From Scyliorhinus canicula (lineage: Eukaryota), in assembly GCF_902713615.1 (NCBI RefSeq), contig NC_052157.1:58478325-58542324 (forward strand): a stretch of DNA of 64,000 bases. The letters are read 5' to 3'. A program made the position numbers and the translations under genes. Below are positions 36,913 through 48,275 of the stretch, piece by piece. The notes under the pieces were generated by a model. The model had not been told where the DNA came from. It did not search any database and saw only the letters and a list, made by a program, of their open reading frames with translations. Numbering within the stretch: the stretch's first letter is position 1; the number at the start of each line of letters is the position of its first letter.

Positions 36913-37149
36913 CTTCTGACAGGGCAGAAAGGACCAAGCTCTTTAACACGCCATGTGTATATTTATATGTATATATAGGTGTCAGAGACTTCAGGGGAGA
37001 TGTAACAGAAAGGGTGAAAAGTAAATATATAAGTAGATGGCATCAAACATCAAATTTAACAAAGGCACAGATGTGTGTTTCAGTGTTAAGATTCTATCTT
37101 ACACTCTAACTCTGCTATGACATTGCCTGTATTGTCCTGCCCTCCACAG

Positions 37150-37443
37150 ATAAGCCGGAGATTTCCCAGGAGTCAGAGTGCACCCGGAGGTCAGAGGGAG
37201 TTACCTGCACCTGTATGGCCAACTCCAATCCGCCCGGAGACCTCACCTGGCACCTGCCCCATGCCAACATCAGTGGTAACCAGACACAGGGGCGTTTGGT
37301 GTCATGGCAGGTCAGAGATGGGCATCTGATGATTGGCTCCCTGATCCTGACGGTTCCCCAGGATGAGGAGGAAGTAACAGCATCTTGCTCAGTTCGAAAC
37401 CCGCATGGAGAAGCCATGTTCAAGGTGTATCTGTGGGTCAAAG
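37150..37443 (+). CDS. Gene B second C2-set exon
   Basis: Acceptor ctccacag/AT, donor AAAG/gtgaga, 98 codons: (Y)KPEISQESECTRRSEGVTCTCMANSNPPGDLTW...VTASCSVRNPHGEA...VK. Confidence 0.9.
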
Positions 37444-37596
37444 GTGAGAGAATGATTCTGGATTCTGACTCGGCTGGCTTGACCTCTAAACTCTAGAATT
37501 CCCTCCCTCACTCTCTTCACCTCTTTCCCCAGCTCCTTTAAGATTCTCTTTACAACTAATCTCTCTGACCATTGAGAACAGATCAGGGTCGATTGA

Positions 37597-38333
37597 GAGA
37601 TCGCGATTCTCCCAGACAGGGAGAAATCGTAAGGCTGGCGTCAAAACCGGGCGGGTTTGACGCCAGCCTCCCCCTCCCCGACCGGGAACCGATTCTGGTC
37701 CCCGGTCGGGGCTAGTATGCCGCGGCCGTGAACTCCGGCATCGCGGGCTTAACGAATTTCGTTAAGCCCACTTGCCAGAGTTTGCGCCGGCTGACGCGTC
37801 ACATGACGTCAGCCGCGCATGCGCGGATTGGAAGACTCCAACCCACGCATGCGCGGATGACATCATCGCGCATTTGCGCGAAACCCGCGCATGCGCGGGC
37901 TGGGATGCCCCTCAGCCGCCCCGCGAAGTGATACAGCGGGGCGGCGGAAGGACAAAGAGTGCGCGGGAATCGGACCCGCTGCCCGCGATCGGTGCCCACC
38001 AATCGCGGGCCCATGGCACCCTTGGCACGGCCGTGGTACTGCCGTGCCAATCGGTGCCATGGTTTTCAAAATCGGGACTTTACGGCCGTTTTTACGAACG
38101 GCCAGACCAGGTGTGTTTGCCGTTCGTAAAAACAGCCGTAAAGGGCTTGGACTTCGGCCCATCGGCCAGCTGAGAATCGCTGCTGGCCGTAAAAAAACGG
38201 CGGCAGCGATTCGTGTCGGAAGTGGGGGGGGGGGGGGGGGGGAGAATAGCGGGAGGGCGTCAGACTAGCGTGGCCGTAAAAATTTACGAACCCCGCTATT
38301 CTCCGCACCGTCATGAGTGCGGAGAATTGCGCC
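37597..38333. mobile_element. Harbinger-type MITE
   Basis: Degenerate gatcgcgattctcc / ggagaattgcgccc termini; GC-rich palindromic core. Confidence 0.75.
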
Positions 38334-39292
38334 CACTATTTCTGTGGGTTGGGGGAGTTCGGATTTGAGGGCAGATTGGAAAAATGAGAGGCGGACCATT
38401 CAGGTGTGAAATTAGGAAACACACCATCACAAAAAATGTGGGAGAAATCTGGAACTTTCTTCAATAAATTGAAATTGATGTTCATCAAATTGTTCATTTT
38501 AAATCTAAGATTGAATAGACTTTATTTGTAATTAAAGATAATAGGGGATGTCGGGCAAAGGTGATTAAATGCAGAGAGGTCACAGTTCAGTCGTGATCTC
38601 AATGAATGGTCAACACAGCTAGAGGGGCTGAATGACCACCTGTACCACTGTGATCCTTCCTGTGGTCAATGTGGCTCAGGTCAATTTATTGACAGCGTGG
38701 GCAGTGGGAAACTGGAGGTTAACTCGCAAATACCTTGATAAATATTATATAAGTAAATATTATATGTATTACATTAAGATGGAAGAGTTCCATTCATGAA
38801 TTGGTCGGACAGTCCAGAAACATTCATCAACCAATGAAGTTGTTTCAAAGTGCGATCACAAAGTGAAACACGGCTGCTGACTATCGCACAGCAAGATCCC
38901 ACACACAGCCGTGTGATAATGATCTGATCATTTTTTCAGTGATGTTGGTTGATATGCTTACAGAGATTATATACGAAAGATGGGTCACTAATATCCCTTC
39001 TTCACAAGAAACATGCCATCTTTACCCAGTCTGGGTGTATACGTGACTCCAGTCTCAAATTCCAACGTGTTAATTCTTAACCGCCCTCTGAACTGGTCTC
39101 CCAGTTTGTGTCAAACCAGTTTCTCAGGCGGAAGACCCCCCTCTGTCCCTTCCCAAGGGAAAACTAGGGATGGACGATAAATGTCAACATTGAGAATAAA
39201 TATTTAAAAATTGAGCGAGCATATTGCTTCTCGAGATACATAAGAGAATAATTGTAAAAGTGTGGCACAGTGATTAATGGCTGTTGTTACAG

Positions 39293-39389
39293 GTAGAGAC
39301 TCCAGAGAATGGACAGTCGGATTGCTCATGGCTGGAATCATACTTTGTGGTTTTGTGGCTGGAATCTTAATCTCCATGTATGTGAAGAA
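39293..39389 (+). CDS. Gene B transmembrane exon (G)RDSREWTVGLLMAGIILCGFVAGILISMYVK(K)
   Basis: Acceptor gttacag/GT, donor AAGAA/gtaagt, phase 1-2; the hydrophobic segment has no charged residue. Confidence 0.88.
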
Positions 39390-39574
39390 GTAAGTCTGAA
39401 CTCGATGTTTTATTTGACGTTTCTCCAAATATTTATTTAAATCTTTCTTCCTCAGTCAGTGATTCTTTTCTATGGGTTAAACACCATTGGCCTCTCCTGT
39501 ATGTGGTCTCTTTATCCCTGATGACCTGGAGTGTGTCTTTCATTGTCCTGTGTTAAGATGAAGACTAAAATTGG

Positions 39575-39890
39575 TGGGCAGCAAGGGAGTACAGTAGTTA
39601 GTACGGTTGCTTCACAGCACCAGGGTCCTATGTTCATTTCCCGGCTTGGGTCACTGTCTGTGCGGTGTCTGCATGTTCTCACCGTGTCTGCGTGGGTTTC
39701 CTCCAGGTGCTCCAGTCTCCTCTCACAAATCACGAAAGACGTGCTTGTTAGGTGAATTGGACATTCTGAATTCTCCCTCAGTGAACCCGAACAGGCGCCG
39801 GAGAGTGGTGACGAGGGGCTTTTCACAGTAACTACATTGCAGTGTTAATGTAAGCCTACTTGTGACACTAATAATGATTATTATTATTAA
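39575..39890 (+). mobile_element. Second SINE family copy
   Basis: tRNA-like head, gaaagacgtgcttgttagg core, cacagtaact...gtgacactaataatgattatt tail. Confidence 0.8.
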
Positions 39891-39960
39891 TAAGTTGTGA
39901 TCTGGAAGGTGCTGCCTGAAAGGGCGGTGGAAGCAGATTCAACAGGAACTTTCAAAAGGG

Positions 39961-40854
39961 TGTTGCTCGTTCTGGGTGAGTGTGCTTTACACTCAATTTG
40001 GCTCTGTTTCGTTCCTTAGCTCTAGAGTCGCCAGGTATCGTTAAGATACCGCCACAAGTTTCAAGTTCAAGTTCAGACCAATAACTCCATACACCAGTTA
40101 GTAAGTTCAAACAAGACATATTTATTATAATACAGATATCTACTAATTATGCATATAAAACTACAAGACTAGGCTAATCCTACCACTAACAGGCCAATAC
40201 TTATCTGGATAAGGGAACTGCCGGATCAGGGAACAACGGCCTCTAGCTTCGTCCTGGATCCGCAGGCTTCCAGTTGGTGTGGGCTAAAGGGGTCAGGAGT
40301 GTCTATCCTCGTAGCGTGCATTGTGTGACACTTACTTGATGGCGGCTACTGGCCAGGCCTCTCCTCTCCGTGGTCAAGTTCGAGAGCTGCTACAAAGGTG
40401 TTCTTGTTGGGAAGGCCGGCTGAGAGAGAGAGCTGGGGTCGGGGTCTCTGTCTTATACCTCTCCCAGGGTCTCGCGCCCACCTGGGCGGACCCTCTATCG
40501 ATTGGGCCTCTTCCCAATCGATTGATTTGAATTTCCCCAATAACGGGGCAGTCCCTCGATCACTGGACGGTTCTTGGGGCTTATTGTTTTGGACTTCTCT
40601 TGACGCCGAGAAGTCTGGCCTTCTATTCACTGTAACGATTTGAGTTAACTTGTTTCCATTGTACCTGGGAATCACCGGGTATCGCCTCATTAGTATGCTA
40701 ACTTGTTTTTTTTCACAGTGCTGTCTGGTTTCTGCAGCAGTCAGAATACACAGGCGCTTTTGCAAGCTGCTTGCTTTTGCAACATGTCTATTTTCCCTGC
40801 ATTCTTTGTAATCTTCCATTTTGTGTTGGGCAGTGGCCACCCCAGGTGGCTACA
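39961..40854 (-). mobile_element. Solo LTR related to 19267-20170, antisense in a gene B intron
   Basis: The reverse complement shares both ends (tgtagccacc... and ...gaacgagcaaca); flanks AGGG/AGGA; inserted in a CR1 tail. Confidence 0.8.
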
Positions 40855-41289
40855 AGGAGAATTGGATAAATACTCAAAGGGGAAATATGTGTAGATATTT
40901 AGAGGAAAGTGTGGTGGGGGGTGGGGAATAAAGGTCATGGCATTATAGTGATATAATACCTTAGACGTACTTACTGTACAAAACACAAGGCACCAATCAC
41001 TTCTGGGGATGAGGTAACCACGTTTTAATTTATTCAGACTAGTCACTTGAGAACATACATAGGAACAAAGCTTGAAGATATCAGAGCTGTGTGTGTGCTC
41101 TGCTCAAAGCAAAAGTGAAACTAAGACTGGATCACTTGACAAATTTTGACAAATGTTCACGCTGTTGTGCTGATATCGCTTAATGGCAAATTACAAAACC
41201 CCCTTTCTTTTCAAGGATACTTCCCCCCCCCCCCCCCCCCACCCAGCGCCCCACTCCCCACTTCAGAACTATAACCATTTACAATACAA

Positions 41290-44200
41290 CATAGGCAAGA
41301 TTAGGAAAGAGGACCTATTGGGGGGTTATTAGGCGTTCGGAACAAAATTTAAAAAACAGGTCCTCAAGGGTCATAATCTCTAGGTTACTACCTGAGCCAC
41401 ATGCAAATTGGCATAGGGATGGGAAATTAGGGATGTAAACACGTGGCTAAAGGAGCGGTGTGGGAAAGATGGGTTCCATTCCATGGGGCATTGGCATCAG
41501 CATTGGGACAGGAAGGATCTGTACCATTGGGACGGTCTCAACCTGAACCGATCTGGGACCAGTGTTCTAGTGGAAGGGATAAATAGGGTAGTCTCAAGGA
41601 CTTTAAACTAGCAAGTGTTGTGGAAGGGAAGGGTAACACTACAGGATGTAAAATGGTTCATGGGAAGCAAAGCAGCAGGTTAGCACGTGGAAAGATGGGT
41701 TCAACTGCACGCAAAGTAATGAAAAAAGATGAAGGGAAGAAGAACTCAGGAGATGTTATTGATGGAGGTGTTAGGGTTCAGAAATAAGGTATAAAAACAA
41801 GCATAAAAGCACTTTATCTATAGGCCACCAAATAACAACATCATGGTGGGGCGGGCAGTAAACAAAGAAATAACTGATGCATGTAAAAATGGTACGGCAA
41901 TTATCATGGGTGATTTTAATCTACATGTCGATTGGTCAAACCCGGTCGGTCAGGGTAACCTTGAGGAAAAGTTCATAGAATGTTTCTTCAAACAGTATGT
42001 AATGGACCCCGGGGGGGGGGGGGGGGGGGGGGGAGGAGCTATTTTAGATCTGGTCCTGCGTAATGACACAGGAATAATTCATGATCTTATAGTTAGGGAT
42101 CCTCTTGGAAGGAGCAATCACAGTATGGTTGAATTTAAAATACAGATGGAGCATGAGAAGGTAAAATCCAATACTGGTGTCTTGTGCTTAAACATAGGAG
42201 ACTACAAAGAGATGAGGGAGGAGTTGGCTAGGGTAGATTGGGAGCAAAGACTTTGTGGTGGAACAATTGAGGAACAGTGGAGGACTTTCTAAGCGATTTT
42301 TCACAGTGCTCAGAAAAAGTATATACCAATGAAAAGGAAGGACTGTAGGAAAAGGGATAATCAGCCATGGGTACCTCAGGAAATAAAGGAGGGTATCAAA
42401 TTGAAAGAAAATGCATACAAGTGGCAAAGATTAGTGAGAAAGTGGATGATTGGGACATCTTTAAAGTTCAAAAGAAAGTTATGAAGGTAAGTAAGGTAGG
42501 ATATGAGAGTAATCTAGCTCAATATAAAAACATACAGCAAAAATTTCTACAAATATATAAAACAAAAAATAGTAGCTAAGGTAAATATTAGTCCTTCAGA
42601 GGATGAGAAGGGGGATTTAATAATGGGAAATGAGGAACTGGCCAAGGTATTAAATAGGCATTTTGTGTCGATCTTCACAGTGGAAGACGTAACTAACATG
42701 CCAATAATTGTTGTCGAGGAGGCTATGGAATGAGGATCCAGAAACAATCATTATCAATAAGGAGGTATTGATGGACAAGCCAATGGAGCTAAACGGAGCC
42801 AAGTCTCCTGGTCTTGATGGAATGCATCCCAGGGTACTGACAGAGGTGACAGGGGAAATAGAAAATGCGCTCATGGTAATTCACCAAAATTCTCTGGATT
42901 CTGGGGCAGTTCCAGCAGATTGGAAAACAGCAAATGTGGCGCCACTGTTTAAAAGAGGAGGTAGACACAATGTAGGTAACTATAGGCCAGTTAGTTTAAC
43001 TTATATAGTGGGGAAAAAGCTTGAATCTTTCGTTAAGGAAAAAATAGTGAAATAACAACATCATGGTGGGACGGGCAATAAACAAAAAAATAACTGATGC
43101 ATGTAAAAATGGTACAGCAATTATCATGGGGAATATTAATCGACATGTTGATTGGTCAAACCCGGTCAGTCAGGTCAGCCTTGAGGAGTTCAAAGGCAGG
43201 TCATGTTTGACTAATTTAGTGGAATTCTTTGAGGACATTGTGAGCGCGGTGAACAACTGGGAACCAGTGGATGTGGTGTATCTGGATTTCCAGAAGGCAT
43301 TACACAAGGTGCCACACAAAAAGCTGCTGCCTATGGTAAAGGTGTACGGTGTTACGGGTAATGTATTAGCATGGATAGAAGATTGGTTAACAGACATAAA
43401 GCAAAGAATGAGGATAAATGGGTGTTTTGCTGGTTGGCGATCGGTGGCTAGTGGTGTGTCCCAGGGCACATAATTGTTGTGTCTGCAATTGTTTACAATA
43501 TACACAGATGATCTGGAGTTGGGACCAAGTGTAATGTGTCAAAGTTCGCAGATGACACTAAGGTGAGTGGTAGAGCCAAGTATGCGGAGGACACTGGAAG
43601 TCTGCAGAGGGATATAGATAGCTTAATTGAGTGGGCAAGGGTCAGACAGATGGAGTTTAATGTTGATAAATGTGAGGTCATCCATTTTGGTAGGAATAAC
43701 AGCAAAATAGACTATTATTTAAATGGTAAAAAATTACAGCATGCTACTGGGCAGAGGGACCTGGGTGTCCTTGTGCATGAATGGCAAGACGTTTGTTTTC
43801 AGGTGCAGCAGGTAATTAAAAAGGCAAATGGATTTTTGTCCTTCATTGCGAGAGGGGTGGAGTTTAAAAGCAGGAAGGTTATGTTGCTGCTGTATAGAGT
43901 GCTGGTGAGGCCACACCTGGGGCTGGATTCTCTGACAGCGGGATGCTTCATTTTGCCAGCAGCCCGGGATTTCCCGACGGCATGGGGCTGCCCCACAATG
44001 GGAAACCCCATTGACCGGCCGGCGTAATGGAGCATCCGGTCGGCGGGGTGAAACAGAAATGTGTGGCGCGGCGGGATGGAGAATCCAGCCCCTGGAGTAC
44101 TGTGGTCTCCTTACTCGAGAAAGGATGCACTGGCACTGGAGGGGGTGCAGAGGAGGTTCACCAGGTTAATTCCAGAGTTGAGAGGATTAGCTTATGAGGA

Positions 44201-44630
44201 GAGACTAAGTAGACTGGGACGATACTCATTTGAATTTAGAAGAATGAGGGGGGAATCTTATAGAAACATATAAAATAATGAAGGGAATACATAGGATAGA
44301 AGCATGGAGGTTGTTTCCACTGGCGGGTGAAACCAGAACTAGGTGGCATAACCTCAAAATAATGTGCAGCAGATTTAGGACTGAGTCGAGGAGGAACTTC
44401 TTCATGTAAAGGGTTGTGAATCTGTAGAATTCCCTGCCCAGTGATGCAGTTGAGGCTGCCTCGTTAAATGATTTTCAGGCAAAGTAGATCGATTTTTGAA
44501 CAGTAAAGGAATAAAAGGTTATGGTGAGCGGGCAGGTAAGTGGAGCTGAGTCCACAAAAAGATCAGCCATGATCTCATTGAATGGTAGAGCAGGCTCGCG
44601 GGACCTGCTCCTAGTTCTTGTGTTCTTAAG
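41290..44630 (+). mobile_element. Rearranged CR1 LINE
   Basis: ORF1 esterase end, EN (GDFN), RT (SKFADDTK), tail cctgctcctagttcttgtgttct; contains an internal duplication and a MITE. Confidence 0.85.
43920..44091. mobile_element. 172-bp Harbinger MITE
   Basis: Perfect 13-bp TIR gggctggattctc/gagaatccagccc; TSD CTG; removing it restores the CR1 sequence RPHLEY. Confidence 0.9.
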
Positions 44631-45597
44631 TATATGTTTGGGTACCATTTCATAACAGCATAAAACAGGTTCACCAATGAGTCTCTAAAGCATTGGGGTA
44701 ATCTGCAGCTACACCCAGATTCTGTAATGGGAACCTTGTCTGAAGGTTTCTTCAATCACACACAGTGATCTGTGGCATTGTCATTCTTGAATGTTAATCA
44801 GAGTAAATGACCCCACAAGATGTTTACACTGTCACTTATGAGTGATTGGTGCCTTTACAACAGCACAACATTCATCACTACATCCTGTTGCACTTGGGTA
44901 TTGTTCCTAATTTCATTTGGGAACATGTCCGAGATGCAAAAGTACCGAATGGTGGTTGAAGAGCTAGAATGGATCTGATTTGTCCTCTGTTACATGAAGT
45001 TGAGCCGATGAATGTGGAAGTTTAACCTGATTCTGAACCACTCTTCCAATGTAGTCCAAATCTTTTGGGGATCCATTGACCCTTTTGCTGTTGATGTTGA
45101 TGTGTTTAGCCTGTGGAGACCTTTGTTCCCAATTGTTAGGCAAATTTTCCATTTGGATAGTAGGTCTGCAGCGACATAATTCAAATTGGGGAGTTTAGCG
45201 GACATTTTGACAACATCCCTTTGACCTTCCTCCTCCTATAGTTCCTGGGATGAGAGTCACTCTAGCTGCTTTCACAAACTTTTCCCAAGCTCCGGCCACA
45301 CGTTTGTGATGGGAACACACGACCAAATAATTGCATGTTTGTTTTTTATACAGTCATAAATGGGGATAAAGGGGAAGATGTCAGAGCTGTGGGTGTGTAC
45401 TCTGTTTAAAACAAAAGTAAACTAAGACAGGATCACATGACACACTTCCGTTCGAGTGACGCCATGCTCACATCACTCAATGGCATATCACAACAAGAGA
45501 CAGTCCAGTGCTGGGATACGGTTACAGTGAGTCTGTGTGTGTGCTGCACTGACTCCCTGATACATGATAACCACAGTGTGATATTGTGTTATTGCAG

Positions 45598-45679
45598 GAG
45601 GAAGACAGCGACTGAGGAGAGAGTTTCAGAGATCAGTGACATTGAATTGAGCCCCATTCCACTCACGGCGAAGCATCAG
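45598..45679 (+). CDS. Gene B cytoplasmic exon (K)RKTATEERVSEISDIELSPIPLTAKHQ
   Basis: Acceptor tattgcag/G, donor CAG/gtacaa; phase 2-0 bridges the TM exon and the terminal exon exactly. Confidence 0.78.
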
Positions 45680-45847
45680 GTACAAGAGCTGTTTACACTC
45701 ACTTCAATTGCAGTTTGTAGACAATACATGTCCCAGATTCCCAGTTGGATAGGCAACTAATATATATCAGTGGGTTCAGCAATGATTCAGCTCTCTCTCT
45801 CTCTGTCTCTATCATACTTCCTCTATTGCTCTCTCAATCACTCTGAG

Positions 45848-45928
45848 CAAGAAGATTGTGAAGTGAATTTGATCCAAACTCCAGAAACGCAAGTGTCGAT
45901 TCGAAGCCAACACCACTCGGCACAGCCA
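45848..45928 (+). CDS. Possible additional cytoplasmic exon QEDCEVNLIQTPETQ(VSIRSQHHSAQP)
   Basis: Long pyrimidine tract 45790-45845 and phase 0-0 compatibility, but a weak GAG acceptor and weak donors (45893 or 45929). Confidence 0.3.
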
Positions 45929-45929
45929 G

Positions 45930-47760
45930 TGTGGACGGAGTGCTACACTACTGGAGCTTCAGTATTGAGGGAGTTCTGCACTGCCGGAGCATCAGTACTG
46001 ATGGAGCGCTGCACTGCTGGACCATCAATACTGAGGGATCGCTGCACTATCAGAGGGTCAGTACTGAGGGAGTGCTACACTACCGGAGCTTCAGTACTGA
46101 GGGAGCGCTGCATTGTCAGAGGGTCAGTACTGAGGGCGTGCTACACTACCGGAGCTTCAGTACTGAGGAAGTGCTGCACTGTCAGAGGGTCAGTACTGAG
46201 GGAGCGCGACACTGCCGGAGAGTCAGTGCTGAGGGAGTGCTGAACTGCCAGAGGGTCAGTATGAGGGAGTGCTGCACTGTCAGAGGGTCAGTACTGAGGC
46301 AGTGCTGCACTGTCAGAGGGTCAGTACTGAGAGAGTGCTGCACTGTCAGAGGGTTCATACTGAAGGAGTGTTGCACAGTCAGAGGGTCAGTACTGAGGGA
46401 GTGCTACACTGTCAGAGGGTCAGTACTGAGGGAGTGCTGCACTGTCAGAGGGTCAGAACTGAGGGAGTGCTGCACTGCCAGAGGGTCAGTACTGAGGGAG
46501 TGCTGCACTGCCAGAGGGTCAGTACTGAGGAAGTGCTGCACTGTCAGAGGGTCAGTACTGAGGGAGCGCGACACTGACGGAGATTTAATGCTGAGGGAGT
46601 GCTACACTGCCGGTGCGTCAGTGCTGAGGGAGTGCTGAACTGCCAGAGGGTCAGTATGAGGGAGTGCTGCACTGTCAGAGGGTCAGTACTGAGGCAGTGC
46701 TGCACTGTCAGAGGGTCAGTACTGAGAGAGTGCTGCACTGTCAGAGGGTTCATACTGAAGGAGTGTTGCACAGTCAGAGGGTCAGTACTGAGGGAGTGCT
46801 ACACTGTCAGAGGGTCAGTACTGAGGGAGTGCTGCACTGTCAGAGGGTCAGAACTGAGGGAGTGCTGCACTGCCAGAGGGTCAGTACTGAGGGAGTGCTG
46901 CACTGCCAGAGGGTCAATACTGAGGGAGTGCTGCACTGTCAGAGGGTCAGTACTGAGGGAGTGATGCACTGTCAGAGGGTCAGTACTGAGGGAGTGCTGC
47001 ACAGTCAGAGGGTCAGTACTGAGAGAGTGCTGCACTGTCAGAGGGTCAGAACTGAGGGAGCGCTGCACTGTCAGAGGGTCAGTACTGAGGGAGTGCTGCA
47101 CTGTCAGAGGGTCAGTACTGAGGGAGCGCTGCACTGTCAGAGGGTCAGTACTGAGGGAGTGCTGCAAAGTCAGAGGGTCAGTACTGAGGGGGTGCCGGAC
47201 TGTCAGAGGGTCAGTACTGAGGGAATGCTGGAGTGTCAGAGGGTCAGTACTGAGGGAGTGCTGCACTGTCAGAGAGTCAGTACTGAGGGAGTGCTGCACT
47301 GTCAGAGGGTCAGTGGGAGTGCTGCACTGTCAGAGGGTCAGTACTGAGGAATTGCTGCACTGTCAGAGGGTCAGTACTGAGGGATTGGTGCACTATCCGA
47401 GGGTCAGTACTGAGGGAGTGCTGGATTGTCCGAGGGTCAGTACTGAGGGGGTGCTGTACTGTCAGAGGGTCGGTACTGAGGGAGTGCTGCACTGTCAGAG
47501 GATCAGTACTGAGGGAGTGCCGCACTGTCCGAGGGTCAGTACTGAGGGAGTGCTGCACTGTCAGAGGGTCAGTACTGAGGGAATGCTGCACTGTCAGAGG
47601 GTCAGTACTGAGGGAGTGCTGCACTGTCAGAGGGTCAGTACTGAGGGAGTGCTGCAAAGTCAGAGGGTCAGTACTGAGGGAGTGCTGGATTGTCCGAGGG
47701 TCAGTACTGAGGGAATGCTGGCGTGTCGGAGGGTCAGACCTGAGGGGTGCGGCACTGAAG
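45930..47760. repeat. 33-bp minisatellite (gagggtcagtactgagggagtgctgcactgtca)n with a 395-bp higher-order duplication
   Basis: Reverse orientation of the 12277 array; identical variant strings start at 46269 and 46664. Confidence 0.95.
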
Positions 47761-48275
47761 GAGGGTCAGGACTGAGCGAATGCTGCTCTGAAGCTCAGTG
47801 GAGCTCAAGTCCCCAGATTAAGATTGCAACATGATATTTCCTACCTCAGGTTAGTGAGAGGAACGGAGAGAGAAAAAGGAAACAGGAGAGAGTGTGAATG
47901 AGAGAGAGAGGATGTGATTCTCCGACAATGTTGCGCACGAGCGGGACCACAACGTGGCTGGAGAATTCCGGGAGGGGCCGACAGTGAACCTCCCAACAGC
48001 CTCTGTGCCTCCCTGGATTCACCAAAGTCCGCTAGACATCAGAGTCGGTGCTCCGCCCCAAATGGGCGGGACTGAATGATGCTCTACTTCTAATTTAACA
48101 GCCCAGATCCACCGGCCTCCCTTGATTTTCCGGCATACCCAGGGAAGCTGCAGCTCGGTGCCGATCATTGCTGGTCCACACAAACATGGACCAGGCGGAA
48201 CGGCACCTGGGGCTTCCCCCCCAGCCATTGGAGACTCTTGGGTGGTCAGGGTAAGTGCAGGGTGGCCCCCTGGCC

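Larger units (their letters stand above)
40949..45492 (-). mobile_element. Old Gypsy-like relic (two diverged LTRs, gag fragment) split by a CR1
   Basis: Homologous blocks 41074-41195 and 45374-45492; PPT-like ccccctttcttttc after 41195; gag-like IWTTLEEWFRIRLNFHIHRL at 44990-45205; no TSD found. Confidence 0.45.

Noticed and set aside
45770-47834. Cys/His-rich repeat ORFs resembling zinc fingers (HCQRVSTEGVL)
   Set aside because: Same satellite; the spacing does not fit C2H2 or other finger consensus.
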